Below, one piece after another: positions 19,030 to 27,834 of a stretch of 64,000 nucleotides of DNA. A program made the position numbers and the translations under genes. This stretch comes from Syntrophales bacterium (lineage in GTDB: Bacteria > Desulfobacterota > Syntrophia > Syntrophales > PHBD01). Within the stretch, counting starts at the first letter, position 1; each line of letters begins with the position of its first letter. The DNA is taken from NCBI GenBank assembly GCA_963668175.1, contig OY764159.1:192001-256000 (forward strand). Reading direction: 5' to 3'. Under the pieces are notes generated by a model. The model saw only the letters and a program-made list of their open reading frames with translations, was not told the origin of the DNA and searched no databases.

Positions 19030-19407
19030 TTAAGATGTGACCGCTTCTTCAAATGCGTTGACGATGTTGGGTAATATCACGTTCAACAGCAGGCCCAGTT
19101 TCGCTTTCTTCGTGTCGATGGCTATCCCCCATTGATAATCACCGAACGGAATAAAAAAGAGCCCCTTATTCCCTATGCAATCCAGATAGTAATAACGCCC
19201 CAGTTGAGGGTAATCCTTCCCTTGGGAAAGAGACTTCTGAATATAGTTCGTCACTTCATTAAACAGGGCCGCTGTACTGGAACTGGATTTTTCCGTAGCC
19301 ACCAGGGTCTGGCCGTCCGCCGTCGTAACGATGCTCGATGCAATAAGACCATCCCCCAAATCCCGCTTGATAATTTCCATACACTCGTTCAGTTTTTGAA
19401 TGTTCAT
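19030..19407 (-). CDS. Atypical roadblock-like protein, copy 1
   Basis: 125 aa; differs from 17363..17740 at 3 residues. Confidence 0.75.
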   Translation of the reverse strand: MNIQKLNECMEIIKRDLGDGLIASSIVTTADGQTLVATEKSSSSTAALFNEVTNYIQKSLSQGKDYPQLGRYYYLDCIGNKGLFFIPFGDYQWGIAIDTKKAKLGLLLNVILPNIVNAFEEAVTS

Positions 19408-19814
19408 TGTCCCTCCTTCAAATTAATCCCAGTAAATTAGTCCTGCCTAGGGAGTCCAATTCTCCGCCAAGTCATGCTTTCGGGATACAATGATAAACGA
19501 TTCGCCAGCTCCCGAACGCATTCCGTATCATTCATCCTGCATACGGCCGGCCAATTTTTGCATAGGAAGATCATGCCAACACCGGCTTATGTCATATCAT
19601 GTATTACAGCAGTTGGCGAATCCTTTTTTATCGTCCGGACTCTTCGAGTGTAAAATAATAATTCAGTAAGGAAATATAGAGGATAGGCGTCTCTATGTCA
19701 ATATAAAAACTTGAAAATGCCTACTTTCCCGATCTTCATCTCCAAAAGTGTTTTCAAGAATGGCAAACGTGGGGGAACAGGCGTTCAAAGGAATTAAATC
19801 GACAAGACGAACAT

Positions 19815-20519
19815 CTAGGGTTTCCCTCGGGCGAAGGCCTCCATCTCTCCCCAATTGCCGCGTACCGACGGCAGATGAGCCTTTGCGGCTAATAAATCCA
19901 GATATTCCTTTCTCGGAATCATCCTCGCACCAAGGCTCAGGAGATGGTCCGTGTAGACCTGACAATCGATGACGGAAAAACCGAGGTCCCGGATGACCGA
20001 CACCAGGGTTATCAAGGCGGCCTTGGAGGCGTTACTCATCCTGGTAAACATCGACTCCCCGAAGAAGCAAGACCCGAGAGATACACCATAGAGTCCTCCG
20101 GCCAGAACATCCCCCGCCCAGGCTTCGACGGAGTGGGCAAGCCCAAGTTCATGAAGCCGGCAGTATGCTTCCAGCATCTCGTCGGTTATCCAGGAGCCGC
20201 TCTTGTCTTTCCGGGACTGACGGCAGTTTTCAACGACCTCCCTGAAGCTCCGATCATAGGTGATCGTGAAAGTGCCCTTCCTGAAGACCTGACGCATGCT
20301 TCTCGACACGTAAAGTTCCCCGGGAAAGAGCACAAAGCGGGGATCGGGCGACCACCAGATAATCGGTTCACCTTCCGAGTACCACGGGAATATGCCTTCT
20401 TGATAAGCCAGAATCAGGCGCTCCGGCGATAAATCGCCCCCGACGGCAAGAATACCGCTGGGAGAAGCCAGCTCCGCCGGAGGAAACAACAAGTCTGCCG
20501 CCAATCTAAAAATGGGCAT
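19815..20519 (-). CDS. aat: Leucyl/phenylalanyl-tRNA--protein transferase
   Basis: GGDLSPERL, AYQEGIFPW, WWSPDPR, AHSVEAW and FFGESMF motifs. Confidence 0.97.
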   Translation of the reverse strand: MPIFRLAADLLFPPAELASPSGILAVGGDLSPERLILAYQEGIFPWYSEGEPIIWWSPDPRFVLFPGELYVSRSMRQVFRKGTFTITYDRSFREVVENCRQSRKDKSGSWITDEMLEAYCRLHELGLAHSVEAWAGDVLAGGLYGVSLGSCFFGESMFTRMSNASKAALITLVSVIRDLGFSVIDCQVYTDHLLSLGARMIPRKEYLDLLAAKAHLPSVRGNWGEMEAFARGKP

Positions 20520-22766
20520 CTAAGATGCGGGCTCCGGAATCTCTAGGATGACCGTATCATCTTCAATACGTGCATGCACTGTTCCGCCATGCACCAGCCT
20601 GCCGAACAGCACTTCGTCGACAAAGAAATTCTTCACCCGGTCCTGGATAAGACGGGCGATTTCGCGGGCGCCGAATTCCACCGAGTAACCCTGATCCGCC
20701 AGCCACCCGAATACCTGTTCGGCGACGTCCAGCGTAACCCCCTTCTCTTTCAACTGAAGCTGAAACTCCTGGAGCTGTTTCCTGACAATATCGACGACAA
20801 CCTTTCTGCTTAAATCGTTGAAGGTGATCATGGCATCCAGTCTGTTGCGGAATTCCGGGGCAAAGATTTTCTTAACCGCATCGGATATAGCCTTTTGTGA
20901 TACCCGCCTTTCGCCGAATCCTATCTGGGATTTACCGACGCTCCGGGCGCCGGCATTGGATGTCATGATGATGATCACATTCCGGAAATCGGCCTTCCGC
21001 CCTGTGTTGTCGGTAAGGGTGGCATAGTCCATAACCTGCAGGAGCGTGTTGAAGATATCCTGATGGGCCTTTTCGATTTCATCCAGCAGCAACACCGAAT
21101 GAGGCGTTTTCCGGATCGCTTCGGTCAATAACCCCCCTTCCTCGTATCCAACGTAACCCGGAGGGGCGCCGACCAGCCTCGATACCGTATGCTTCTCCTG
21201 ATATTCGGACATGTCGTAACGGTGCAGAGGTATGCCCAGAGTCGAAGCCAGCTGCCTCGCCAGCTCCGTCTTACCGACACCCGTCGGTCCCGCAAAGAGG
21301 AACGAAGCCACCGGTTTATTCTGATCGTGGAAGCCGGCGCGCGATCTCTTGATGGCCTGGACGACAAGCTCGATGGCCTTGTCCTGCCCGAAAATCACCG
21401 ATTTCAAAGCAGGCATCAGATCCATCAGGCGTCCGGTCTCCGACGAAGATACCGATTTTTCCGGTATCCTGGCCATCTTCGCGACGACGCCTTCGATTTC
21501 ACGGGGGTTGATGGTTATGGTCCCCTCCTCGTCCGTCCTCAGGATCCGGGTGCGGGCGCCCGCTTCGTCGAGGACATCGATGGCTTTATCGGGCAGATGG
21601 CGGTCGTTGATATGCTTGGCCGATAAATCGACTGTAGCCTTCAGGGCATCGTCCGTATAGAGGACATCGTGATAGGATTCATACTTGCCCCTCAGTCCCA
21701 GGAGAATCTGGTAGGTTTCGTCCGTCGTAGGTTCGGGAACCTCTATGGGCTGGAAGCGCCTAGACAGGGCCCTGTCCTTGTCGAAGAACTTACGGTATTC
21801 GTCATGGGTGGTCGATCCGATACACCGGACCTTGCCCGACGTCAGCATGGGCTTGAGGATATTGGAGGCATCTATGGAGCCCCCCGATACGGCGCCGGCG
21901 CCGACGATCGTATGGATTTCATCGATAAAGAGGATGACGTTTTCCTGTCTTTTCAATTCGGCGATGACCCGCTTCAATCGTTCCTCAAAATCGCCGCGAA
22001 ACCGGGTGCCGGCAAGCAGGGCGCCCATGTCCAGCGAGAATATTTTAGCGTTCTTGAGGGGCCGCGGCACCTGACCGTTGGCAATTCTCTGGGCAAGGCC
22101 TTCCGTTATCGCCGTTTTGCCCACGCCGACCTCGCCGATATGAATCGGGTTGTTTTTATAGCGGCGGCATAGGACCTGCACGGTCCTTTCGATGATATCC
22201 TCTCTGCCGATCAGGGGATCGAAGTCCCCTGCCTTCGCTTTTTCCACAAGCTCGGTCGTAAACGATGACAGCACTTTTCTGTCGCGGCTTGTTCGGACAT
22301 CTTCGTCATCCTTTCTGCCCGCTTCCGTCTCTTCCGGGATCATCGGCACGCCGTGCGAGATGTAATTAAGCAGGTCCAGCCTGGTGATGCCTTCCTGATT
22401 GAGGAAATATGCGGCATGGGACTGCTCTTCATCGAAAATTGCGATCAGGACATCGCCGATATCCAATTCCTTTTTCTGGGCGGAAGCCGTATGCCAGATG
22501 GCCCGTTCCATGACGTTCTGGAAACCCATGCTCTGTTCCGGTTCCGTGTCGGAAGGCGCAGGAGGTATTTTCGTGCGGAAAAAGTGGTCGAGGGCGGATT
22601 GCAGCTTCTTGACGTCGCCTCCGCAGCCCCGGATGATCGATCGTACGGAATCGAAAAAGAGGGCCGCGAAAAGAATATGTTCCGGCGTCAGGTATTCATG
22701 TTCCCGCGTCTTGGCTTCCGAATACGCTGCCCGCAGTATATTGTCGAGTTCTTCATTGATCTTCAT
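20520..22766 (-). CDS. clpA: ATP-dependent Clp protease ATP-binding subunit ClpA
   Basis: Two AAA modules (GEVGVGKT, GPTGVGKT), N-terminal HEYLTPEH, next to clpS. Confidence 0.97.
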   Translation of the reverse strand: MKINEELDNILRAAYSEAKTREHEYLTPEHILFAALFFDSVRSIIRGCGGDVKKLQSALDHFFRTKIPPAPSDTEPEQSMGFQNVMERAIWHTASAQKKELDIGDVLIAIFDEEQSHAAYFLNQEGITRLDLLNYISHGVPMIPEETEAGRKDDEDVRTSRDRKVLSSFTTELVEKAKAGDFDPLIGREDIIERTVQVLCRRYKNNPIHIGEVGVGKTAITEGLAQRIANGQVPRPLKNAKIFSLDMGALLAGTRFRGDFEERLKRVIAELKRQENVILFIDEIHTIVGAGAVSGGSIDASNILKPMLTSGKVRCIGSTTHDEYRKFFDKDRALSRRFQPIEVPEPTTDETYQILLGLRGKYESYHDVLYTDDALKATVDLSAKHINDRHLPDKAIDVLDEAGARTRILRTDEEGTITINPREIEGVVAKMARIPEKSVSSSETGRLMDLMPALKSVIFGQDKAIELVVQAIKRSRAGFHDQNKPVASFLFAGPTGVGKTELARQLASTLGIPLHRYDMSEYQEKHTVSRLVGAPPGYVGYEEGGLLTEAIRKTPHSVLLLDEIEKAHQDIFNTLLQVMDYATLTDNTGRKADFRNVIIIMTSNAGARSVGKSQIGFGERRVSQKAISDAVKKIFAPEFRNRLDAMITFNDLSRKVVVDIVRKQLQEFQLQLKEKGVTLDVAEQVFGWLADQGYSVEFGAREIARLIQDRVKNFFVDEVLFGRLVHGGTVHARIEDDTVILEIPEPAS

Positions 22767-22777
22767 AGGACGTTATC

Positions 22778-23101
22778 TCAAATCTCCTCATAACTACTCT
22801 TTAAGGGAAACCCTTTCTGCTTCGCCGCGCGATGGACCTGCGATACTTTGGTAACGGCAATATCATACGTATACACGCCGCATACGCCGCAGCCCTTCTT
22901 GTGAACGTCAAGCATGATCTTGGTCGCTTCCGCAGCCTCTCTGTGAAAGATCTTCATCAACACCTCCACGACAAAATCCATGGTCGTATAGTGATCGTTG
23001 TGAAGAAGGACCTGGTACATCTTAGGCTCCTCCAACCGGGAATCCGAATCGGTTAGAAACTCGCCTTCGACTCTGGGGTCTGTTGACTTGCCGCCGGCCA
23101 C
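22778..23101 (-). CDS. clpS: Clp protease adaptor ClpS
   Basis: YQVLLHNDHYTTMDFVV, IMLDVHKKG and FPL motifs. Confidence 0.97.
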   Translation of the reverse strand: MAGGKSTDPRVEGEFLTDSDSRLEEPKMYQVLLHNDHYTTMDFVVEVLMKIFHREAAEATKIMLDVHKKGCGVCGVYTYDIAVTKVSQVHRAAKQKGFPLKSSYEEI

Positions 23102-23477
23102 TTCCCTGCCTCCTTTTTATATCCATTTTAATAATTGATTGCGATGTTGGCAAGGGGGAACTGGGTCTCTTCTGCTATAAGGTAAATAAAGATGGACATT
23201 ATGGCCCTGCAGGGAATCCCGGGGGGTGCGGTCCCATCGATAACGGGGCGTGATACACGTGTCACGCTTCATATCAAAAAGAGGTCTATTTCGGGGGGGC
23301 ATGGCCATACAGAGCATCAGGCCCTTGCCGGGTACAACAACCCTCACGTTTCCATCATATGAGGAAAGGATTGCATCAATCTTCCGAATATGTTAGCGCC
23401 TTTGTGGCGGGAACGTATTCACCACCGACGTTTCCCGGTACGATTTGACCTACCTGTATGGATAAAACGGTGTCCCC

Positions 23478-24950
23478 ATGAAAGGCATAACGATCGTTGT
23501 CCCCTATTCCCCGAACCCGTCTTTTTCAGCCACGATGGCGACCCTGAAAGAGATGCCCGTAATCTCGCAGATGATCGTCGTTTGTGATCGGGAACCCGCG
23601 TTTCCTCTGCCCGAAGGCGCTGCGCGCATTGACGGCTCGCTATATGCCGGCGGAACCATGCATGCCGTTCTGGCAGCCGCCGACGAAGACATCCTGATCC
23701 TGTTTCAGACCGTGGACGAGATTCGGCTCTGCCCCGATAGCCTTGTCCGCTTCGCCTCCGTGATCGAATCGACAAATGCGGGGATGATGTACTCCGATTA
23801 TTATGACCGGCATGACGGGAAAGGACTGGCTCGTTCGCTTACCGATTACCAAAGCGGGAGCGTGCGCGACGATTTCGATTTCGGGCCCATTGCCGTCTAC
23901 AATGTACAGGCGGTTCGCGCTGCCATACAACGATACGGCCTGAGGAACGACTCGCAATATTCCGCTCTCTATGAGTTGCGCCTCAAGGTCGCTTTGGAAA
24001 ACAACCTGGTCCATCTTCCGGAATTTCTTTACACGGTAAAGAGATCGTCCGAAGACAAAGCGCACAATCTGTTCGACTATGTCGATCCGGGCAACCGTAC
24101 CCTTCAGAAGGAAAGAGAGGCCGTTTTTACCAACTATTTGAAGTCCGCCGGGGCTTACTTGAAGCCTCGACAAAAAGAGACGGCACATTCGGCCCATCCT
24201 TTTCCGGTGACGGCCAGCGTCATCATACCCGTCCGTAACCGTAAAGCCACGCTTGCCGAGGCCTTGGAAAGCGCCCTGGCCCAGAAGACCGATTTCTCCT
24301 TTAACCTGATCGTCGTCGATAATCATTCCGAGGACGGTACGACAGGTCTTATCGCCGGTATGGCAAAACGATATCCCGCAATCTCCCATATCGTTCCCAA
24401 ACGCTTCGATCTCGGCATCGGCGGTTGCTGGAACGAAGCCATCTATTCTGAAATGTGCGGCCGTTACGCCGTCCAGCTCGATTCGGACGACCTCTACAGC
24501 GGCGACGATACCCTGCAGTGCATCGTCGATCTTTTCCACCGGGGCCGTTATGCCATGGTTGTCGGTTCTTACACCCTTGTCGACGCTTACCGGAAAGTGA
24601 TTCCTCCCGGACTTGTCGATCACAGCGAATGGACCGAGGAAAACGGCCACAACAACCTGTTGCGCGTCAACGGCATCGGCGCCCCCCGTGCCTTCGATAC
24701 GGAAATCCTGAGAAACTACGGTTTTCCCAATGTCAGCTACGGGGAAGATTATGCCGTATCCTTAAGAATATCGAGGGAATGGAAGATAGGGAGGATATTT
24801 GAAAGCCTCTATCTCTGCCGCCGCTGGGGAGACAACACGGACGCTTCGCTCTCGCAGGAACAGAGTGACCGCAACAACGCATACAAGGACAAGCTCCGGA
24901 CGATCGAGCTTATGGCGCGGATACAACTGAACAGACATGAAGAAGCATAA
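23478..24950 (+). CDS. Glycosyltransferase family 2, two-domain
   Basis: SVIIPVRNR, VVDNHSEDGT, QLDSDD and YGEDY motifs. Confidence 0.88.
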   Translation: MKGITIVVPYSPNPSFSATMATLKEMPVISQMIVVCDREPAFPLPEGAARIDGSLYAGGTMHAVLAAADEDILILFQTVDEIRLCPDSLVRFASVIESTNAGMMYSDYYDRHDGKGLARSLTDYQSGSVRDDFDFGPIAVYNVQAVRAAIQRYGLRNDSQYSALYELRLKVALENNLVHLPEFLYTVKRSSEDKAHNLFDYVDPGNRTLQKEREAVFTNYLKSAGAYLKPRQKETAHSAHPFPVTASVIIPVRNRKATLAEALESALAQKTDFSFNLIVVDNHSEDGTTGLIAGMAKRYPAISHIVPKRFDLGIGGCWNEAIYSEMCGRYAVQLDSDDLYSGDDTLQCIVDLFHRGRYAMVVGSYTLVDAYRKVIPPGLVDHSEWTEENGHNNLLRVNGIGAPRAFDTEILRNYGFPNVSYGEDYAVSLRISREWKIGRIFESLYLCRRWGDNTDASLSQEQSDRNNAYKDKLRTIELMARIQLNRHEEA

Positions 24951-25944
24951 CGATGACGCGCAGGATGGAGCAATTGTACTGGCCTGTTTCGATGACGATC
25001 ACGATTCAGAACCATTAATGACGCTCGTCGGAAACCTTCTGGATCAACAAAAGGCTTCATGGCGGGAGTTTGCCGCACATTGTGAAGAATTGAAGAACGT
25101 TCGTACCCGCCGATTCGAATATGATCGCTTCTCGCTCGTGTTGCAGTTCAATCCGGGTCGGATCAAGAGTACGGCAGCGTCGGTAAACCTGTCCGCCATA
25201 AACGGCCGCAAATGCTTTCTTTGCCCGCACAACCTTCCTGACGAGCAGAAAGGTATTCTTTACCGCCGGAACTATATCATTCTATGCAATCCTTACCCAA
25301 TCTTTCCCGGCCATCTCACCATCGCCCATCGGCAGCATAGGCCCCAGGCCATCGAAACGGAATTTACAGCATTACTTATGCTTGCCGAGGATTTCGGTCC
25401 GGACTATCTGTTTTTTTATAATGGCCCGCAATGCGGGGCTTCCGCGCCTGACCATCTGCATTTCCAGGGAGCGCCGAAGGGTCTCATGCCGATCGAGCGG
25501 GACATGCTGCGCGCCGGAGGCCCATTGGATCGAAAACGCATCAGCGGCGTGGACATCACCCGTTTTCACGGATTCAGCAGGGAGATTGTCATGCTCGAAG
25601 GAAGAGAGCTTGCCGAACTTGCTGCCGTCATGAGCAGATTCTGCGACGTCATGAGGCAGACGCTTCAACTGACCGCGGAGCCCATGATGAATCTTTACAG
25701 TTCCTATTCGGGATGTTCATGGCAAGTGGTCCTATTCCTGCGGAGCAAACACCGGCCGGATGTCTATTTTTCGGAAAATAATGACAGGATCATGGTCAGT
25801 CCCGGTCTTGTGGACATGGGCGGATTGTTGATTACGCCGAGAGAAAAGGACTTTGACAACCTCGACGCACGTTCCGCGGGAAAGATACTACAAGAAGTAT
25901 CGCTGGAAAACCGTACGGTTGAAGATGTTCTGGCCCGGCTATAG
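24937..25944 (+). CDS. DUF4922 family protein (HIT-like nucleotidyltransferase/phosphorylase)
   Basis: QFNPGRI.ST, CFLC, NPYPIF and YNGPQCGASAPDHLHFQG motifs. Confidence 0.85.
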   Translation: MKKHNDDAQDGAIVLACFDDDHDSEPLMTLVGNLLDQQKASWREFAAHCEELKNVRTRRFEYDRFSLVLQFNPGRIKSTAASVNLSAINGRKCFLCPHNLPDEQKGILYRRNYIILCNPYPIFPGHLTIAHRQHRPQAIETEFTALLMLAEDFGPDYLFFYNGPQCGASAPDHLHFQGAPKGLMPIERDMLRAGGPLDRKRISGVDITRFHGFSREIVMLEGRELAELAAVMSRFCDVMRQTLQLTAEPMMNLYSSYSGCSWQVVLFLRSKHRPDVYFSENNDRIMVSPGLVDMGGLLITPREKDFDNLDARSAGKILQEVSLENRTVEDVLARL

Positions 25945-25946
25945 CA

Positions 25947-26891
25947 TCAAAGCACCCTGGCAACGACGATGCCGGAGCGGATTTTCCGCCCGTTCAGATA
26001 GCCGTAGAGGGTTCGGGGGGAAATAACAACCACTTTGCCCGTGGTGGAGGCATGGAGGAGATGGAGCCGTTTGCCGACGAAGACGGCGAGGCCGACATGA
26101 ACCACGTCGAGACCGTCAATGGTCGTTGTTATGGCTATCAGATCCCCGTTCTGGATGCGGTTTTCGCAATCCCGCAGCATCTCTTTGGGAATATATTCGT
26201 GGCACTGGTCGGAAATCCGGCTTTCGACCTCCTGCATCTCGGCATAGGATTCTCCCTTCTTCAGGGCCGGGTACTTGTTTCGATTCCGCGTCATGAAGTT
26301 TACGACCTTGGAGAACGGCTCGCCGCCCAAGTCTTTGGTGATATTCCTGACGAGACCGATTTGCTCACTGTTGTGCAGCCAATCGCAGAAATAGTGAAGA
26401 CGGGAAGCATATCCGCTGATTGTGCCTGCACGATAGCGCGTCTCCTGAAGAGCGGCGGAAAAATCCTCGAACCTCGTCTGCCCCCGTTTGATGGTCTTCG
26501 CCAGGACGACCGAGTTCTCTAAAAATGTGAAGCAATCCATCCTGCGAAGATTGATAACCAGATCTTCGGGTCCCTTGGTCTCCAAGGTCTTGTAGACGTA
26601 ACGCGTACCCAGAAAATGCCGGCCGACGAGGAGAACCAGCTCATTGATGGGCTTTGCCGACCAGCCTTTTTCAAAAGCCGACTTGAGCAGTTTTTCGCAG
26701 ATGACGCGGTCTTGCGGTTTATAGATCATGATCATCTTCCTTTGATTGAAAGTGAACGTCTCCTCTATGACGTCCTCGCCCCGGCAGAGGCCGGGATACG
26801 CCGTCACGAGGCAGATCATAAGAAGAATGGCGATCCTAGCCGTATGCTTCAAATGACTTCTCAATACTCTTTTCCATCTGAAGATATTCAT
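25947..26891 (-). CDS. DUF1460 / AmiA-like NlpC/P60-fold MurNAc-L-Ala amidase
   Basis: Signal-like N-terminus; FLGTRY, MDCFTF, RLHYF, GLDVVHVG and HAS motifs. Confidence 0.85.
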   Translation of the reverse strand: MNIFRWKRVLRSHLKHTARIAILLMICLVTAYPGLCRGEDVIEETFTFNQRKMIMIYKPQDRVICEKLLKSAFEKGWSAKPINELVLLVGRHFLGTRYVYKTLETKGPEDLVINLRRMDCFTFLENSVVLAKTIKRGQTRFEDFSAALQETRYRAGTISGYASRLHYFCDWLHNSEQIGLVRNITKDLGGEPFSKVVNFMTRNRNKYPALKKGESYAEMQEVESRISDQCHEYIPKEMLRDCENRIQNGDLIAITTTIDGLDVVHVGLAVFVGKRLHLLHASTTGKVVVISPRTLYGYLNGRKIRSGIVVARVL

Positions 26892-26998
26892 GTCGCGGAT
26901 GTTGCACGGAACCTATCAGCCAAATTCTCCAAGCAGGAGATCATCGGCACGGAACAACAAGCTGTACCGCGCGACAGGGGGTGCATCTGTCACCAATC

Positions 26999-27256
26999 CT
27001 ATACGTTTTCCCTCATCTTCTTTTTGGTTTGCTGAATGGCCTCATCCAGCAACGCAACAAAATAGTCCGTATCTTCTTTGGATTTCGCTGCGTGGTCAAG
27101 AAACGATTCCCGGGGGTACCGGGCAAAGAAAGCATCCACCAGGGCGTGGAATTCCTCCTGTGCGGCCAGGCTTTCCCCGATATCCGTACTGGACATACAG
27201 ATGCGGGTGATTAAAGCCTCGGATTTCATATTGACCAAGATGTCCAGATCGTTCAT
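26999..27256 (-). CDS. Small hypothetical protein
   Basis: ATG at 27256 after GGAGG; helical composition. Confidence 0.55.
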   Translation of the reverse strand: MNDLDILVNMKSEALITRICMSSTDIGESLAAQEEFHALVDAFFARYPRESFLDHAAKSKEDTDYFVALLDEAIQQTKKKMRENV

Positions 27257-27375
27257 ATATAACGCCTCCATGATCGGCGGATCTCCGCCGCGATTCACGA
27301 CCCTGTCCGCCGTGCAGCCGGATTCGATCCGGCGGGACCGGCACGCAACATATTATCACTTGAAAATGCACGAGA

Positions 27376-27418
27376 CAAAAAAATAAGGGATTGTGACCGG
27401 CAATCGATCGCAATCCCC
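27376..27418 (-). terminator. Intrinsic terminator of tRNA-Ala
   Basis: On the minus strand, GGGATTGCGATC...GGTCACAATCCC followed by a T-run. Confidence 0.7.
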
Positions 27419-27424
27419 GAATTT

Positions 27425-27501
<77 letters not shown>

Positions 27502-27570
27502 ATGTTATTGACCCCGTGAACGAGGGGTGACAATTAACATACGGCTTCAAATCTTGTCAATACATTTCTC

Positions 27571-27598
27571 TTGACATTTCACCCCCCCTTTATATAAT
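27571..27598 (+). promoter_or_regulatory. Sigma70 promoter for tRNA-Leu
   Basis: TTGACA at 27571, 16 bp spacer, TATAAT at 27593; a divergent TTGACA at 27560-27555 faces tRNA-Ala. Confidence 0.8.
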
Positions 27599-27607
27599 CC
27601 GCGCCAT

Positions 27608-27695
27608 GCCGGAGTGGTGAAACTGGTAGACGCAGGGGACTCAAAATCCCCCTTTCCTTGCGAAAGTGTCGGTTCGATTCCGACCTCCGGCACCA
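27608..27695 (+). tRNA. tRNA-Leu (CAA)
   Basis: GCCGGAG...CTCCGGCACCA; anticodon arm GGGGA-CTCAAAA-TCCCC; long variable arm. Confidence 0.97.
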
Positions 27696-27702
27696 ATTAA
27701 TC

Positions 27703-27740
27703 AAGGGGTTGCAACCATGGCGATTGCAGCCTTTTTTATT
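27703..27740 (+). terminator. Terminator after tRNA-Leu
   Basis: GGTTGCAA...TTGCAGCC followed by a T-run. Confidence 0.65.
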
Positions 27741-27758
27741 TCAGGGGAGATTGCAGAT

Positions 27759-27788
27759 AAATGGCGGAAGTGCATGGGAATCGAACCC
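27759..27788. repeat. att core, distal copy (duplicated tRNA-Sec 3' end)
   Basis: AAATGGCGGAAGTGCATGGGAATCGAACCC, identical to 40542..40571. Confidence 0.96.
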
Positions 27789-27834
27789 GTACCCACCAAA
27801 AAATCCCCTATGAATATCAATAGTTTCCACGCCG

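Larger units (their letters stand above)
17335..19420 (-). repeat. Direct duplication of the roadblock-like gene and downstream junction (about 17335-17750 and 19002-19420)
   Basis: Near-identical DNA, e.g. ttaagatgtgaccgcttcttcaaatgcgttgacgatgttgggtaatatcacgttca, in both copies. Confidence 0.95.

Noticed and set aside
19555..19582. Sigma54 promoter for the Mgl operon (minus-strand TTGGCATG)
   Set aside because: There is no GC dinucleotide at the required -12 position.
27608..27695. tRNA-Leu as the island's integration target
   Set aside because: The integrase is nearby, but no Leu 3'-end copy was seen at the far end. The repeat matches tRNA-Sec.
27762..27788. A second tRNA-Sec gene
   Set aside because: Only the 3' 27 nt are present. 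This is the att duplication.
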